Virus record (IMG/VR): IMGVR_UViG_3300014059_000006
Location: 43,909 to 107,908 of that record
Origin: a virus
Taxonomy: Duplodnaviria; Caudoviricetes
Strand: one strand, 5' to 3'
DNA: 64,000 bases
How positions within the stretch are numbered: the first letter of the stretch is position 1; every line of letters starts with the position of its first letter. The position numbers and the translations under genes were made by a program. Shown here in pieces: positions 49,678 through 58,887 of the stretch. The notes under the pieces were generated by a model, which was not told where the DNA came from, did no database searches, and saw only the letters and a list, made by a program, of their open reading frames with translations.

Positions 49678-50084
49678 TGGAACAATATTATACCCCCGAA
49701 ATAGAAGATTTTAGAGTTGGTTACGAATATGAAAGATTAAACGATAAAACTTGGAATAAGGAAACATTAGAGAGTCACATGCTTTATACACCAAATATTG
49801 GTGAGGCGTGTGACTCAGAAATAACTGAGATTTTACGTGATTTACATGATAATAAAATTAGAGTCCCCTATCTCACAAAAGAACAAATAAAAGCGGAGGG
49901 GTGGGAGTTAAGAACCGAAGGTTATTCAAGAAATTTTTATGAAAAAGGTGAAGAATCACTTTTAGTTCATCATGTTGGACATTGGATTATAATTACAGAC
50001 CTTTCGGAAGAACAAATTTATAAAGGTGATTGCAAATCTATTAATGAATTTAGAACTATAATGAAATTATTAAATATAAAATGA
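49677..50084 (+). CDS. Hypothetical protein
   Basis: 135-aa coupled ORF with no recognised catalytic motif. Confidence 0.6.
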   Translation: MEQYYTPEIEDFRVGYEYERLNDKTWNKETLESHMLYTPNIGEACDSEITEILRDLHDNKIRVPYLTKEQIKAEGWELRTEGYSRNFYEKGEESLLVHHVGHWIIITDLSEEQIYKGDCKSINEFRTIMKLLNIK

Positions 50085-50515
50085 TAGAGTTAGAATATTA
50101 TTGCCCACAATGTGAAGACTTCTTTATAGGGGAATATGATACAAATTATAGATGTAAATGTGGAGCACTTTTATATTTAGATTGTTTTGATGATGAATAT
50201 GCGGGAACACTTGGGTGTTGTAATACAGTTGAAAATTCCTATAAACACAAAATTCAAGAAGTGTTTCCTATGTTACATAGTCATTATATTTCGTATTTAA
50301 AAAAGTATTGTATTACTAAAAGTAAGGAAGACCCTACCTCAGTTGGTTATGGAACTCCTATTTATGGAGGATGTTTTGAAACAGAAAATGAAGTTTGGTC
50401 GGCATGTCACCTACTTTTTACAAAGTACAATCCTTCTAATATAGAAGAATTTGATGAAATTGTTAAAAACATAATATTTTCGGGAATTTCTGGTTACTTC
50501 GGATTACAAAAATAA
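50081..50515 (+). CDS. Hypothetical protein with N-terminal zinc ribbon
   Basis: CPQC...CKCG at the N-terminus; ATGA overlap with the previous gene. Confidence 0.55.
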   Translation: MIELEYYCPQCEDFFIGEYDTNYRCKCGALLYLDCFDDEYAGTLGCCNTVENSYKHKIQEVFPMLHSHYISYLKKYCITKSKEDPTSVGYGTPIYGGCFETENEVWSACHLLFTKYNPSNIEEFDEIVKNIIFSGISGYFGLQK

Positions 50516-50521
50516 AATAAT

Positions 50522-50857
50522 ATGAACATAGAAACTTTTAAAAATGAAATAATAACTTCCCTTAATTTTAAGAATTATGGAGATGTTTTTATACTAGATA
50601 AAAATTTTATACATAGCGATGTTTTATACAGATATCATTTACATATAATATCGGAAAGCCGCGTTTATATAAGTAAGTGTTTACGGGTGAATGTTATACC
50701 TACAGATTCTATAGAATTAAATATACTAAATAATACATTAAAATTGTGTTGCAGTTGTTATAATAGTTCAAAATCTACTAATGTAAACAAAGTATTCTTT
50801 TTAATTGAGGATATTGAAAATACACAAGATATAATTAACTATATAAATATATTATAA
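50522..50857 (+). CDS. Hypothetical protein
   Basis: 111-aa very AT-rich ORF filling the gap between coupled genes. Confidence 0.45.
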   Translation: MNIETFKNEIITSLNFKNYGDVFILDKNFIHSDVLYRYHLHIISESRVYISKCLRVNVIPTDSIELNILNNTLKLCCSCYNSSKSTNVNKVFFLIEDIENTQDIINYINIL

Positions 50858-50858
50858 T

Positions 50859-51557
50859 ATGAAACCTTTAATTAGTATTGTGATTCCTACAGTAAATGAC
50901 TACGAAAAGTTGTTAAAGCCATGTTTGGATTCAATTTTTCTATATACTGAACTTTCAAATATAGAAATTATTGTTGTAAACAATGCAATTCCCAATCATG
51001 AAAAAATTCATTTTACAGCACTTCCTGAAGAAGTTAAAGTTATTTCTTATCCTATACCATTAGGATATCCTAAAGCAGTTAATAAAGGAATAGAAATAGC
51101 ACAAGGAAAGTATATTCTTTTATTAAACAATGATACAGTTCTTCTTCCCCAACCTAAAAATGATTGGTTGAATAAACTTCTTCTTCCTTTTTTTGAAGAT
51201 GAAAAAACAGGAATCACCGGGGTTTTTAAAAAACATATTCCTGAAATTAATAGAAATTTCATATTGTTTTTTTGTGCTTTAATTTCTAAAGAAGTAATAG
51301 AAAAAATAGGACTATTGGATGAATCATTTGGCTTGGGATATTGTGAAGATATGCTCATGTCTCTTAAAGTTGAGGATGCGGGATATAAATTAGTAGCAGT
51401 TCCTGATGATAAAATTGCAGATAATTTTGATGGAAACTTATATGTGTCCAATTTTCAAATATATCATGCTGCACGAGCAACAATGAATAATATTTCAGAC
51501 GAAGCTACAGAAAGTTATAATAAAAATTTTAAAAAATTAATTGAAAAATATGCATAA
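50859..51557 (+). CDS. Family 2 glycosyltransferase
   Basis: ISIVIPT, IIVVNN, GYPKAVNKGI..AQGKYILLLNNDT and GLLDESFG.GYCED. Confidence 0.9.
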   Translation: MKPLISIVIPTVNDYEKLLKPCLDSIFLYTELSNIEIIVVNNAIPNHEKIHFTALPEEVKVISYPIPLGYPKAVNKGIEIAQGKYILLLNNDTVLLPQPKNDWLNKLLLPFFEDEKTGITGVFKKHIPEINRNFILFFCALISKEVIEKIGLLDESFGLGYCEDMLMSLKVEDAGYKLVAVPDDKIADNFDGNLYVSNFQIYHAARATMNNISDEATESYNKNFKKLIEKYA

Positions 51558-52047
51558 TAAAAACATTTTAATATCACCATATTCTAAAAAAATAGAAGGA
51601 AAATTATCCCCAAAAGATTGGGGCAAAGAGAATTGGGAAGCCCTTGTAAAAAAAATAAGAGAACATTCTGATTATAATCTTATTCAAGTGGGTGTAGAAG
51701 GAGAAGAAAAAATTAAAGGCGTAGATTTATGTATTTTTAATATACCCTTTGACAAGTTAAAACGTATAGTACAAAATTCTCGTGTGGTTATATCTGTAGA
51801 TAATTTTATGCCTCATTTTTGTAAAACTGTTAATAAAAAATGTTGTGTTATTTGGGGGCCTTCTGATTCTAATATTTTTGGTTATCCTGAAAATAAAAAT
51901 ATATTAGGAAACACAAAATTAATGCGGAAACAACAATTTTGGCTTTGGAGTCAGATGGAGCAAGATGAAATAAAAAATGGAGTATATAACCCCAACGCTT
52001 TTCCTTCTGTAGATGATGTATTCAAACACATAAAAAATTCCATATAA
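51550..52047 (+). CDS. GT9 (heptosyltransferase-like, GT-B) C-terminal half
   Basis: ILISPYS...KDW....W..L, IQVG, ISVDNFMPH and VIWGP. The ATG at 51550 is preferred over the TTG at 51541. Confidence 0.75.
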   Translation: MHNKNILISPYSKKIEGKLSPKDWGKENWEALVKKIREHSDYNLIQVGVEGEEKIKGVDLCIFNIPFDKLKRIVQNSRVVISVDNFMPHFCKTVNKKCCVIWGPSDSNIFGYPENKNILGNTKLMRKQQFWLWSQMEQDEIKNGVYNPNAFPSVDDVFKHIKNSI

Positions 52048-52144
52048 ATTTGCTTTATTCCTAACTTTACATTATATTAATACTGTAGGAAACTACAGGA
52101 GAATTTTTCTCGTATTATTATAATAGTCCCTAAGCAGGAAGCAA

Positions 52145-52501
52145 ATGGCAGACCAAGTAAAATCTTTTTCTGAGATAGCTCAGAACACTCGAAAAACAGC
52201 GTTGTATTTACAACCTGTTAAACGTATTTCTCCTGAATATGCTACTATAGCAGTGGGAGATAGTCCTTACACAATTCCTACAAATACTCGTTCTATTACA
52301 TTTGTTCTATGGGGAATAGATGACACTAATACAGTATCTATAGCATTTCCTAATACAACAAAATTATTTGATAATATACGATATGATGGATTTGCATTTT
52401 TCTATGCAATAGATATAACAAGAGATTGTGAATTAATAAGCGACGTGGTGGTTACAATTACTGGGGATGCTATTGTGGACTTTATTTATACTACAGATTA
52501 A
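52145..52501 (+). CDS. Hypothetical beta-rich virion protein
   Basis: 118 aa, coupled by TAATG to the fibre gene. Confidence 0.5.
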   Translation: MADQVKSFSEIAQNTRKTALYLQPVKRISPEYATIAVGDSPYTIPTNTRSITFVLWGIDDTNTVSIAFPNTTKLFDNIRYDGFAFFYAIDITRDCELISDVVVTITGDAIVDFIYTTD

Positions 52502-54582
52502 TGCCAACCGGTGCAAGAATTCTTAAAATCGACAGTGCTTCAGATGCACGTTTAACTAATTTAGAAAATAATGTCTACAAAATTACATATTATGAAATTG
52601 TCTCAGGAACAAGCGGAACAATCACGCCTCCTACGGGAGCAACCTTTAATGCAAACGAGTTCGGAGACAGTGGGGACAGTATCCTCTCCAAAATTAACGT
52701 TGACAATAAACCAACGTTTTCGTCACCTACGACAGCAGGTGGTGTCGTGGTTACGGCAAATCTTAACCCTTTAACAGGGGCTTGGACAACTTCAGGAACA
52801 TATACAGATGCTTCTGTAGCCCTTATTTATTCAATAAATATTTCTGCATCAGATTATTCTAATTTAAATAACTTCTATATAATAGAAGAAACTAAATTAG
52901 GATTTGTACTTCCTTCTCTTACTAATGGTTCTGTATTATTTTCAAATGGAACAACCATATCTCAAGATAATGCAAACTTTTTTTGGGATGATACAAATAA
53001 TAGGTTGGGGATTGGAACATCAAGTCCTACCCACAAATTAACCGTTACAGGGAGTTCAGGACTTGAAATGCTAGTGAAAGTATTTAACACTAACGGAGGA
53101 TTTTATTTAGGTTCTTATGGCTCTAATTACGGGGGGGTTTGGTCAAGCAATGTGACACCAAGTTCATCTAATTATGCAATGATTTCTGATGGTGCGGATA
53201 TGGCTATAAATGCTTCCTCGTCAATATCTTTAGCAATAGGTAATAGCACAAAAGCCGCAGTAGTATCTTCATCTTTTATGATAGGAAGTTACTCTAACCC
53301 AGTTGCTAAATTACAAATTGGAGTAGCACCAACGGCATCTGCAAACTATGGACTAGTAAGTCTAGGTAGTGGAGCTTTTGATGGGACAACTAGTGGATAT
53401 TTTTCAGGCAGTGCAAGTGGAACGGTTTTAGCTATAAATGAAGCAACAGGGTTTGTAGGAAATCTTGTAGATTTTCAAGTGGCGGGGGAAAGTAAAATGA
53501 AGTTGGGTATAACTACTACAACTTTACAGTTAGGAAATAGACTTTGGATAAACTATCAAGATGGACAGCCCGCAATATGGGCAAACCCAAATACTAATTT
53601 TACTATAGGTATAGCAGGTTCTTATGCAGGTGGGGGTGCATCCGACCAAATCAGGTTTAATGGTAATCAAATATTACTAAGACCGCTTAATACAGCAAAT
53701 ATTTTATGTTTAACTGATGCTGGTGTTGGTATAGGGCTAGAGAGTACTCTTTCAGCAAAATTACATTTAAGAGGTATAGGAGCTACTAGTGCTACATCTT
53801 CATTATATGTAGATAATAGTTCAAATGAAAGAATTTTACAAATAAAGAATAACAGGACAGTAACTATACAAGGTTCTCCTAATACTTTGGCAAGCGAAGG
53901 GTTTGCTTTAAATGTAGGGGGGGCTATAAGTACAAGTTGGCCTAATGATGGTGCAGATGCATTAGCGATATATGGGTTATCAAACACCTTAAACTTATAT
54001 ATAAATTCAGGAGGTAAAATAGGAACTAATGGTAGGGTTGCTATAGGTACAACAACTTTTAGCTCCACATCATATTTACATATTCCTGTTGCACCGACAG
54101 CCTCTTCAAATTATGGTTTATTTTCTATAGGAGATGGACCTTTTGATGGTTCCACAGCAGGATTCTTTTCAGGAAGTGCAAATGGAACTTTAATAGCAGG
54201 TAATCTCGCAAGTGGAAGTACAAGTGATTTGTTGAATTTGCAAGTTGGTGGGGGGAGTAAGTATAAAATAGATAGCGATGGTAATACAACAATCAAAGGT
54301 TCATTAACTTTAAATTATGTAGCAGTTACTACAACTTATTCAATATTAGCAACAGACTATACAGTAAATGCTACATCAGGTACATTTACAGTAACCCTAC
54401 CAACAGCCGTAGGAATAACAGGAAAGGTTTATAATCTTCACAATTCAGGTTCAGGGATTATAACAATAGCCACTACATCAAGTCAGACAATAGATGGAAA
54501 TGCAAGCGGAGTATTAACACTTGTTCAATATGATAATTTAAAAGTTCAATCAGACGGTGCAAACTGGATAATAATTAGCTAA
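52501..54582 (+). CDS. Tail fibre/spike protein
   Basis: 693 aa, G/S/T/N-rich, with FFWDDTNNRLGIGT and G.VGIG repeats and a C-terminal TVTLPTA...TIDG...SDGANW domain. Confidence 0.75.
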   Translation: MPTGARILKIDSASDARLTNLENNVYKITYYEIVSGTSGTITPPTGATFNANEFGDSGDSILSKINVDNKPTFSSPTTAGGVVVTANLNPLTGAWTTSGTYTDASVALIYSINISASDYSNLNNFYIIEETKLGFVLPSLTNGSVLFSNGTTISQDNANFFWDDTNNRLGIGTSSPTHKLTVTGSSGLEMLVKVFNTNGGFYLGSYGSNYGGVWSSNVTPSSSNYAMISDGADMAINASSSISLAIGNSTKAAVVSSSFMIGSYSNPVAKLQIGVAPTASANYGLVSLGSGAFDGTTSGYFSGSASGTVLAINEATGFVGNLVDFQVAGESKMKLGITTTTLQLGNRLWINYQDGQPAIWANPNTNFTIGIAGSYAGGGASDQIRFNGNQILLRPLNTANILCLTDAGVGIGLESTLSAKLHLRGIGATSATSSLYVDNSSNERILQIKNNRTVTIQGSPNTLASEGFALNVGGAISTSWPNDGADALAIYGLSNTLNLYINSGGKIGTNGRVAIGTTTFSSTSYLHIPVAPTASSNYGLFSIGDGPFDGSTAGFFSGSANGTLIAGNLASGSTSDLLNLQVGGGSKYKIDSDGNTTIKGSLTLNYVAVTTTYSILATDYTVNATSGTFTVTLPTAVGITGKVYNLHNSGSGIITIATTSSQTIDGNASGVLTLVQYDNLKVQSDGANWIIIS

Positions 54583-55034
54583 TGTATATACAACCACATT
54601 TATCGTTATACGATACGACCACGCAAACAATAGTAACAGCTAATACAGAGCAACTTATTACATTTGATACAACTGCAATGGCAAAGAAAATCGTAAAAAC
54701 ATCTTCTAGTAGATTTACATTTAATGAAGGAGGTGCTTATGAAGTTCAAATCACGGCACAAGTAACTTGTTCTGCTGCTAATAAAATACTTGATATTTGG
54801 ACAAAACTAAGTGGAACTAATGCCGATGGAAACAATAAAACTATCGTAGTAAATAACGAAGTTAAAATAATGTCTACAACGTTCTGTTTAGATGGAGTTA
54901 CAGCAGGCCAATATTTAGAAGTTTGGATGTCAGGCGATAATGACACACTTAGATTAATAAGTTATACATCCGATGTAACACCAACACGACCATTAACACC
55001 TTCAATACGTTTAACAATTACAAAATTATCATGA
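54582..55034 (+). CDS. C1q/BclA-C-like jelly-roll protein (fibre tip or trimerisation, putative)
   Basis: ITFDT...FTFNEGGAYEVQITAQ...AGQYLEVW...LTITKL pattern. Confidence 0.55.
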   Translation: MYIQPHLSLYDTTTQTIVTANTEQLITFDTTAMAKKIVKTSSSRFTFNEGGAYEVQITAQVTCSAANKILDIWTKLSGTNADGNNKTIVVNNEVKIMSTTFCLDGVTAGQYLEVWMSGDNDTLRLISYTSDVTPTRPLTPSIRLTITKLS

Positions 55035-55429
55035 AAACAATATTAACATTTTTACTTTTAGTACTCACAATAATATTAGCAATAATATTATTAGTTCCTG
55101 CTTTCATTTACACTGCAATTCGTAGTATTAAACATGGAAGATTGTCTGAATATTTTTATAAGATTGCGTTTAGTTTAGACCAATTAGGAAATGTAGTATG
55201 CCAAGATGTTTTCAACGATTGGTGGATACATCCTAATGGTCATAGAATGGGGAGTTCGGTTGACCAAACTATATCTTTTGTTTTAGGTGTAAATTTAAAA
55301 AATAATACTTTGTATCCATTCGGTGTCAAAGTAGCAAAAGTAATAGATTTTTTTGCTTATTTATTTGGAGATGGTAAAAATCATTGTCTAAGAGCTGCTA
55401 ATAAAAATCAAAATAATAACTTATGGTAA
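55031..55429 (+). CDS. Conserved phage membrane protein
   Basis: N-terminal TM helix, DQLGNV...TIS..LG and a C-terminal HC motif. Confidence 0.65.
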   Translation: MKTILTFLLLVLTIILAIILLVPAFIYTAIRSIKHGRLSEYFYKIAFSLDQLGNVVCQDVFNDWWIHPNGHRMGSSVDQTISFVLGVNLKNNTLYPFGVKVAKVIDFFAYLFGDGKNHCLRAANKNQNNNLW

Positions 55430-56190
55430 TAAAATCAGGTATATATAAACTTATTTCTAAAATAAAGCCTAATATGTTTTATATAGGAAGTGCTGTGAAT
55501 ATTAAAAATAGATTTAGTAGACATAAGGGAGATTTAGAAAAGAATAGACATCGAAACCCAATTTTACAAAATCACGTTAATAAATATGGTATAGAAGATA
55601 TAGAATTTTCAATTATAGAATATGTGCCAGATATACAAAATCTATTAAACAGAGAACAATATTATTTTGATTCTTTATTTCCAACATTTAATGTTTTAAA
55701 ATTAGCTGGTAGTCCATTAGGAACTAGAGCATCTGCAGATACAAAATTAAAAATTTCAGAAAATAATAGTAAGTATTGGTTAAATAAATCACTTTCTGAT
55801 GAACACAAGGAAAATATTTCTAAAGGTAGAGTAGGTATTAAAGCAAATATTCCAGAAGAAAGTAAGAAGAGAAAGTCTGAAAAACTAAAAAACAATAAAC
55901 ATGCCGTAGGTTTTACAAGAACAGAAGAACATAAATTAGCTATTAAAACGGCACATCAAGGAAAGGTAATTTCAGAAGAGACTAGAAAAAAACAATCAGA
56001 ATCTAGAACTGACAAATGCACTATACCAATACTTCAATTTTCATTAACAGGTGAATTTATACAAGAATGGAATAGTTCTGTAAATGCTGCAAAATATTTA
56101 AAATTAAAATCAAATCATATTTCAGAATGTTGTTCTGGAAAATTAAAAACAGCGCACGGTTTTATATGGAAGAAAAAACACACTGTTTAA
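55423..56190 (+). mobile_element. Free-standing GIY-YIG homing endonuclease (NUMOD3 and NUMOD1-type tail)
   Basis: SGIYKL...FYIGSA.NI..R...H, REQYY, SEETRKKQS and ILQFSLTGEFIQEW.S...A.......ISECC.G..KTAHGFIW. Confidence 0.9.
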
Positions 56191-56228
56191 ATGCAGCAAA
56201 AAAATCTCAAATTAATATAACAGAATAA
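56181..56228 (+). pseudogene. Displaced 3' end of the 55031 membrane protein gene
   Basis: Translates to HCLNAAKKSQINITE*, which aligns with the current C-terminus HCLRAANKNQNNNLW* (55382-55429). Confidence 0.7.
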
Positions 56229-56230
56229 CT

Positions 56231-56238
56231 TATCTTTG
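56231..56238 (+). promoter_or_regulatory. Bacteroidota -7 promoter element
   Basis: TATCTTTG about 20 nt before the ATG at 56258. No clear -33 element. Confidence 0.5.
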
Positions 56239-56257
56239 TATTAAAATTATATAAAAT

Positions 56258-56554
56258 ATGAAAATAAATTTAGCAAAACCTTTATTTGATTTGGAAGGAA
56301 AAGAAATCAAAAACGAAAAAGACAGAGTAGTAATTGCAAAAGATATTATTTTACAAACACTTTTATCTGCTGGTCAAGACGAAAAAGATGGAAATATTAA
56401 ATATAAACGTTTTTGTTTATTAAATGACATTAATAAAACAGAAAAAGAATATGATATTTCTATGGAAGAAATATTAGATTTAAAAACATTAATTGCTAGT
56501 GTTTATGGTGTATTAATTTATGGGCAAATGGTTAATATTTTAGAAGGAAAATAA
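56258..56554 (+). CDS. Hypothetical protein (possible fibre assembly chaperone)
   Basis: 98-aa ORF in the fibre module; the function is a guess from position. Confidence 0.55.
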   Translation: MKINLAKPLFDLEGKEIKNEKDRVVIAKDIILQTLLSAGQDEKDGNIKYKRFCLLNDINKTEKEYDISMEEILDLKTLIASVYGVLIYGQMVNILEGK

Positions 56555-56940
56555 TGATTACAAAATTAAAAAGTAATATCGAAGTATCGACAAATTTAAT
56601 AGATTTGTCGATTAAAAATACAATCTATTGTGAGATAGAAAATTTTATTCAAAATGGCGATGAATATCGTATTAATGGAAGTTATTATTATCTTACATTA
56701 AATGAAAAAATTAATCCTGAAGATGAAGATGTATTTACAAGAACGACTATAAGGAATTTTTCACGTACGTTCACTCCCGCTCAAATTAACGGTCTTTATC
56801 AAGCGTTAAATATTCAATACCCTTCAAATAGCACTTATACTGAAAAACGAGTTATTGATTTAACTGCCGGTGCTATGTACATTGTATCCGCAGAACCTGT
56901 ATTTGGATTGACTGCTTCAAATTGGAATGTAGATAATTAA
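56554..56940 (+). CDS. Hypothetical protein
   Basis: 128-aa coupled ORF followed by a terminator. Confidence 0.6.
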   Translation: MITKLKSNIEVSTNLIDLSIKNTIYCEIENFIQNGDEYRINGSYYYLTLNEKINPEDEDVFTRTTIRNFSRTFTPAQINGLYQALNIQYPSNSTYTEKRVIDLTAGAMYIVSAEPVFGLTASNWNVDN

Positions 56941-56971
56941 AATTTGTTTCTTCAAGAGAAAGAACATAATT

Positions 56972-57001
56972 AGCCGCATTACTTTAAATGCGGCTTTTTT
57001 T
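56972..57001 (+). terminator. Rho-independent terminator
   Basis: AGCCGCATT-ACTTTA-AATGCGGCT followed by a T run. Confidence 0.85.
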
Positions 57002-57029
57002 ATACCTTTATTTTTTGTATATTGTATTG

Positions 57030-57461
57030 ATGAATATCTCTAATTTAATTAAAGAAGTACATTCTTTAAAACATACACTAAAAAAAGCTCTTTCTTTTTC
57101 TATTCGTAAAGAAATTATATTAACATGTAGTGATGAAACTACAGCATTGTCTGCGGTAGCTCCATTATTCACTTTTAGAATTCCTCATGATATGACAATT
57201 ACTTCCATTAGAGCTTCATTATCCACTGCCCAAGCGAGTGGAAATATTTTTACAGTGGATATAAATGACGGAGGAACTAGTATACTTTCTACAAAATTGA
57301 CAATTGATAACACTGAAAAAACAAGTGTTACTGCTACAACCTCTTTAGTTATAAGTGATGACACTATATTAGAAGATAGTGAAATAACAATTGACATAGA
57401 CCAAATAGGAAACGGAACAGCAAAAGGTTTAAAAATAATTTTAATAGGACATAAGATATAA
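57030..57461 (+). CDS. Fibre-tip-like beta-sandwich protein
   Basis: SDETTAL...FRIP..MTITSIRASL..A....TVDIN..GTSILST...ITIDIDQIG...AKGLK pattern. The start is moved to 57030 because the ATG at 56988 lies inside the terminator stem. Confidence 0.6.
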   Translation: MNISNLIKEVHSLKHTLKKALSFSIRKEIILTCSDETTALSAVAPLFTFRIPHDMTITSIRASLSTAQASGNIFTVDINDGGTSILSTKLTIDNTEKTSVTATTSLVISDDTILEDSEITIDIDQIGNGTAKGLKIILIGHKI

Positions 57462-57528
57462 TTTAAATAACTTGTAATATAAGTATTTTATACTTATATT
57501 AAAGTATACTTTTAATTTATTATGCTTA

Positions 57529-57753
57529 ATGTTTGTCGAATATGCTCAAGAAAAAATAGTAGGGTTAACAACGTTCTTTTTAGCCACTATAATCACTTAT
57601 CCAAATGATACCTATGATACACTAGTTAAAGCGGTTTTAAACCTCTTATTCGCTTTGTTTACTGTAGTATGTGTTCATTTCCTTAAGATAGGATTAAATA
57701 GGTTCACTCAAAAATATTTTAAAAAATACATAAATAAAAATAATAATGGATAA
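57529..57753 (+). CDS. Putative holin
   Basis: 74 aa with two hydrophobic segments and a basic C-terminus, overlapping the endolysin start. Confidence 0.55.
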   Translation: MFVEYAQEKIVGLTTFFLATIITYPNDTYDTLVKAVLNLLFALFTVVCVHFLKIGLNRFTQKYFKKYINKNNNG

Positions 57754-58237
57754 AATAACAGAACAACGTATACAAACCCTTCACCCGTCTTTGCGTGAAG
57801 AAGTAACTAAAATAATTTTAGAGTGTGATAAACTTTTAACAGGTAGAGCAAAAGTTAGGGTTGCACAAGCATTGAGAACTAAATCAGAACAAGATGCATT
57901 ATATGCACAAGGTAGAACTACTCCCGGTAAAATTGTAACAAACGCAAAATTTGGTCAATCATTTCATTGTTATGGGTGTGCTATTGATTTTGTTTTAGTT
58001 ATTGATGATAAAGTAGCTTCTTGGGATACTAAAGCAGATTTTGATTTAGACAAAGTATCTGACTGGGTAGAAGTAGTGAATGTATTTAAAAAATACGGAT
58101 GGAAATGGGGAGGAGAATTTAGAACATTTAAAGACTTACCACACGTTGAAAAGTCTAAATTTACATGGAGAGAATTATTAACTAAATACGAAGCTAAAGA
58201 TTTTATTCCTGGTACAACATATTTAAAAGAGATTTAA
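57746..58237 (+). CDS. Endolysin, M15 family (L-Ala-D-Glu type) peptidase
   Basis: RT..EQDALYAQGRT.PG.IVTNA..GQS.H.YG.AID...WGG.F..FKD.PH.E. Confidence 0.92.
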   Translation: MDKITEQRIQTLHPSLREEVTKIILECDKLLTGRAKVRVAQALRTKSEQDALYAQGRTTPGKIVTNAKFGQSFHCYGCAIDFVLVIDDKVASWDTKADFDLDKVSDWVEVVNVFKKYGWKWGGEFRTFKDLPHVEKSKFTWRELLTKYEAKDFIPGTTYLKEI

Positions 58238-58527
58238 TGTTTTGGGAAAATTTAAAAAAAATTATATTATGGTTCACCTCTCCTTTAGATAATCATTCTA
58301 AAGGAAGTTCGGCACGTAAATGGTCGGCACTTATTGCTATTATTATATCAATACGTCTTTCTTTATCTTATACGACTGAAACTACATTAGCTACTATATT
58401 ATCTATATGGTTAATTTTTGCTTTAATGTGTTTAGCCATTGTAACAGGAGCTCAATTAGTTATGTTAAAAAACGGAACTCCTAACGAACCATCAGATATT
58501 CCTCCTGATGAAAATAATATCGTGTAA
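58237..58527 (+). CDS. Putative holin / lysis membrane protein
   Basis: 96 aa with SARKW followed by two TM helices, coupled to the endolysin. Confidence 0.55.
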   Translation: MFWENLKKIILWFTSPLDNHSKGSSARKWSALIAIIISIRLSLSYTTETTLATILSIWLIFALMCLAIVTGAQLVMLKNGTPNEPSDIPPDENNIV

Positions 58528-58615
58528 TAACTATATATACATCTATTTTTAATAGTGTAATTTTTGTATTTTGATATGTTGTATCTTCGTGTATAATTTA
58601 AATAAAATAAAAAAA

Positions 58616-58858
58616 ATGCTAGTAAGTACGGGTTATGGTAAAACAATAAATATTGATTTTGATGTGTATATGGATATGTCAGAACAAGATTGGAAAGACG
58701 TTATAATCGCTGGAGATTATGGAGAACACTTAGAAAATCCTTTTCACGATAGTTTCTCAAAATCACAAAAAATTCCATTGGATTCCTTGTCAGATGAAAT
58801 AGTTGAAGAAATTTTAAAAGAAATTGGTGAAGATAGTTTGGATATTACAGAGGATTAG
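58616..58858 (+). CDS. Hypothetical acidic protein
   Basis: ATG at 58616 follows an A-rich leader, so it is preferred over the track start at 58571. Confidence 0.55.
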   Translation: MLVSTGYGKTINIDFDVYMDMSEQDWKDVIIAGDYGEHLENPFHDSFSKSQKIPLDSLSDEIVEEILKEIGEDSLDITED

Positions 58859-58868
58859 TGTACCTTTG
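58837..58868 (+). promoter_or_regulatory. Bacteroidota -33/-7 promoter
   Basis: TTTG-N20-TACCTTTG before the ATG at 58888. Confidence 0.65.
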
Positions 58869-58887
58869 TATTACAAAACTAAAATAT

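Noticed and set aside
52083-52098. CTGTAG-GAAA-CTACAG hairpin as a possible ncRNA or riboswitch
   Set aside because: It is a single 6-bp GNRA hairpin in a leader, which is too little to call a structured RNA.
47298-56230. Group I introns around the GIY-YIG genes
   Set aside because: Both endonuclease genes abut or overlap their neighbours, leaving no room for a ribozyme core. They appear free-standing.
56988-57029. ORF-track N-terminal extension MRLFLYLYFLYIVL
   Set aside because: It starts inside a terminator stem and U-tract; ATG 57030 is more plausible. Similar over-extensions occur at 51541, 58571 and 58858.
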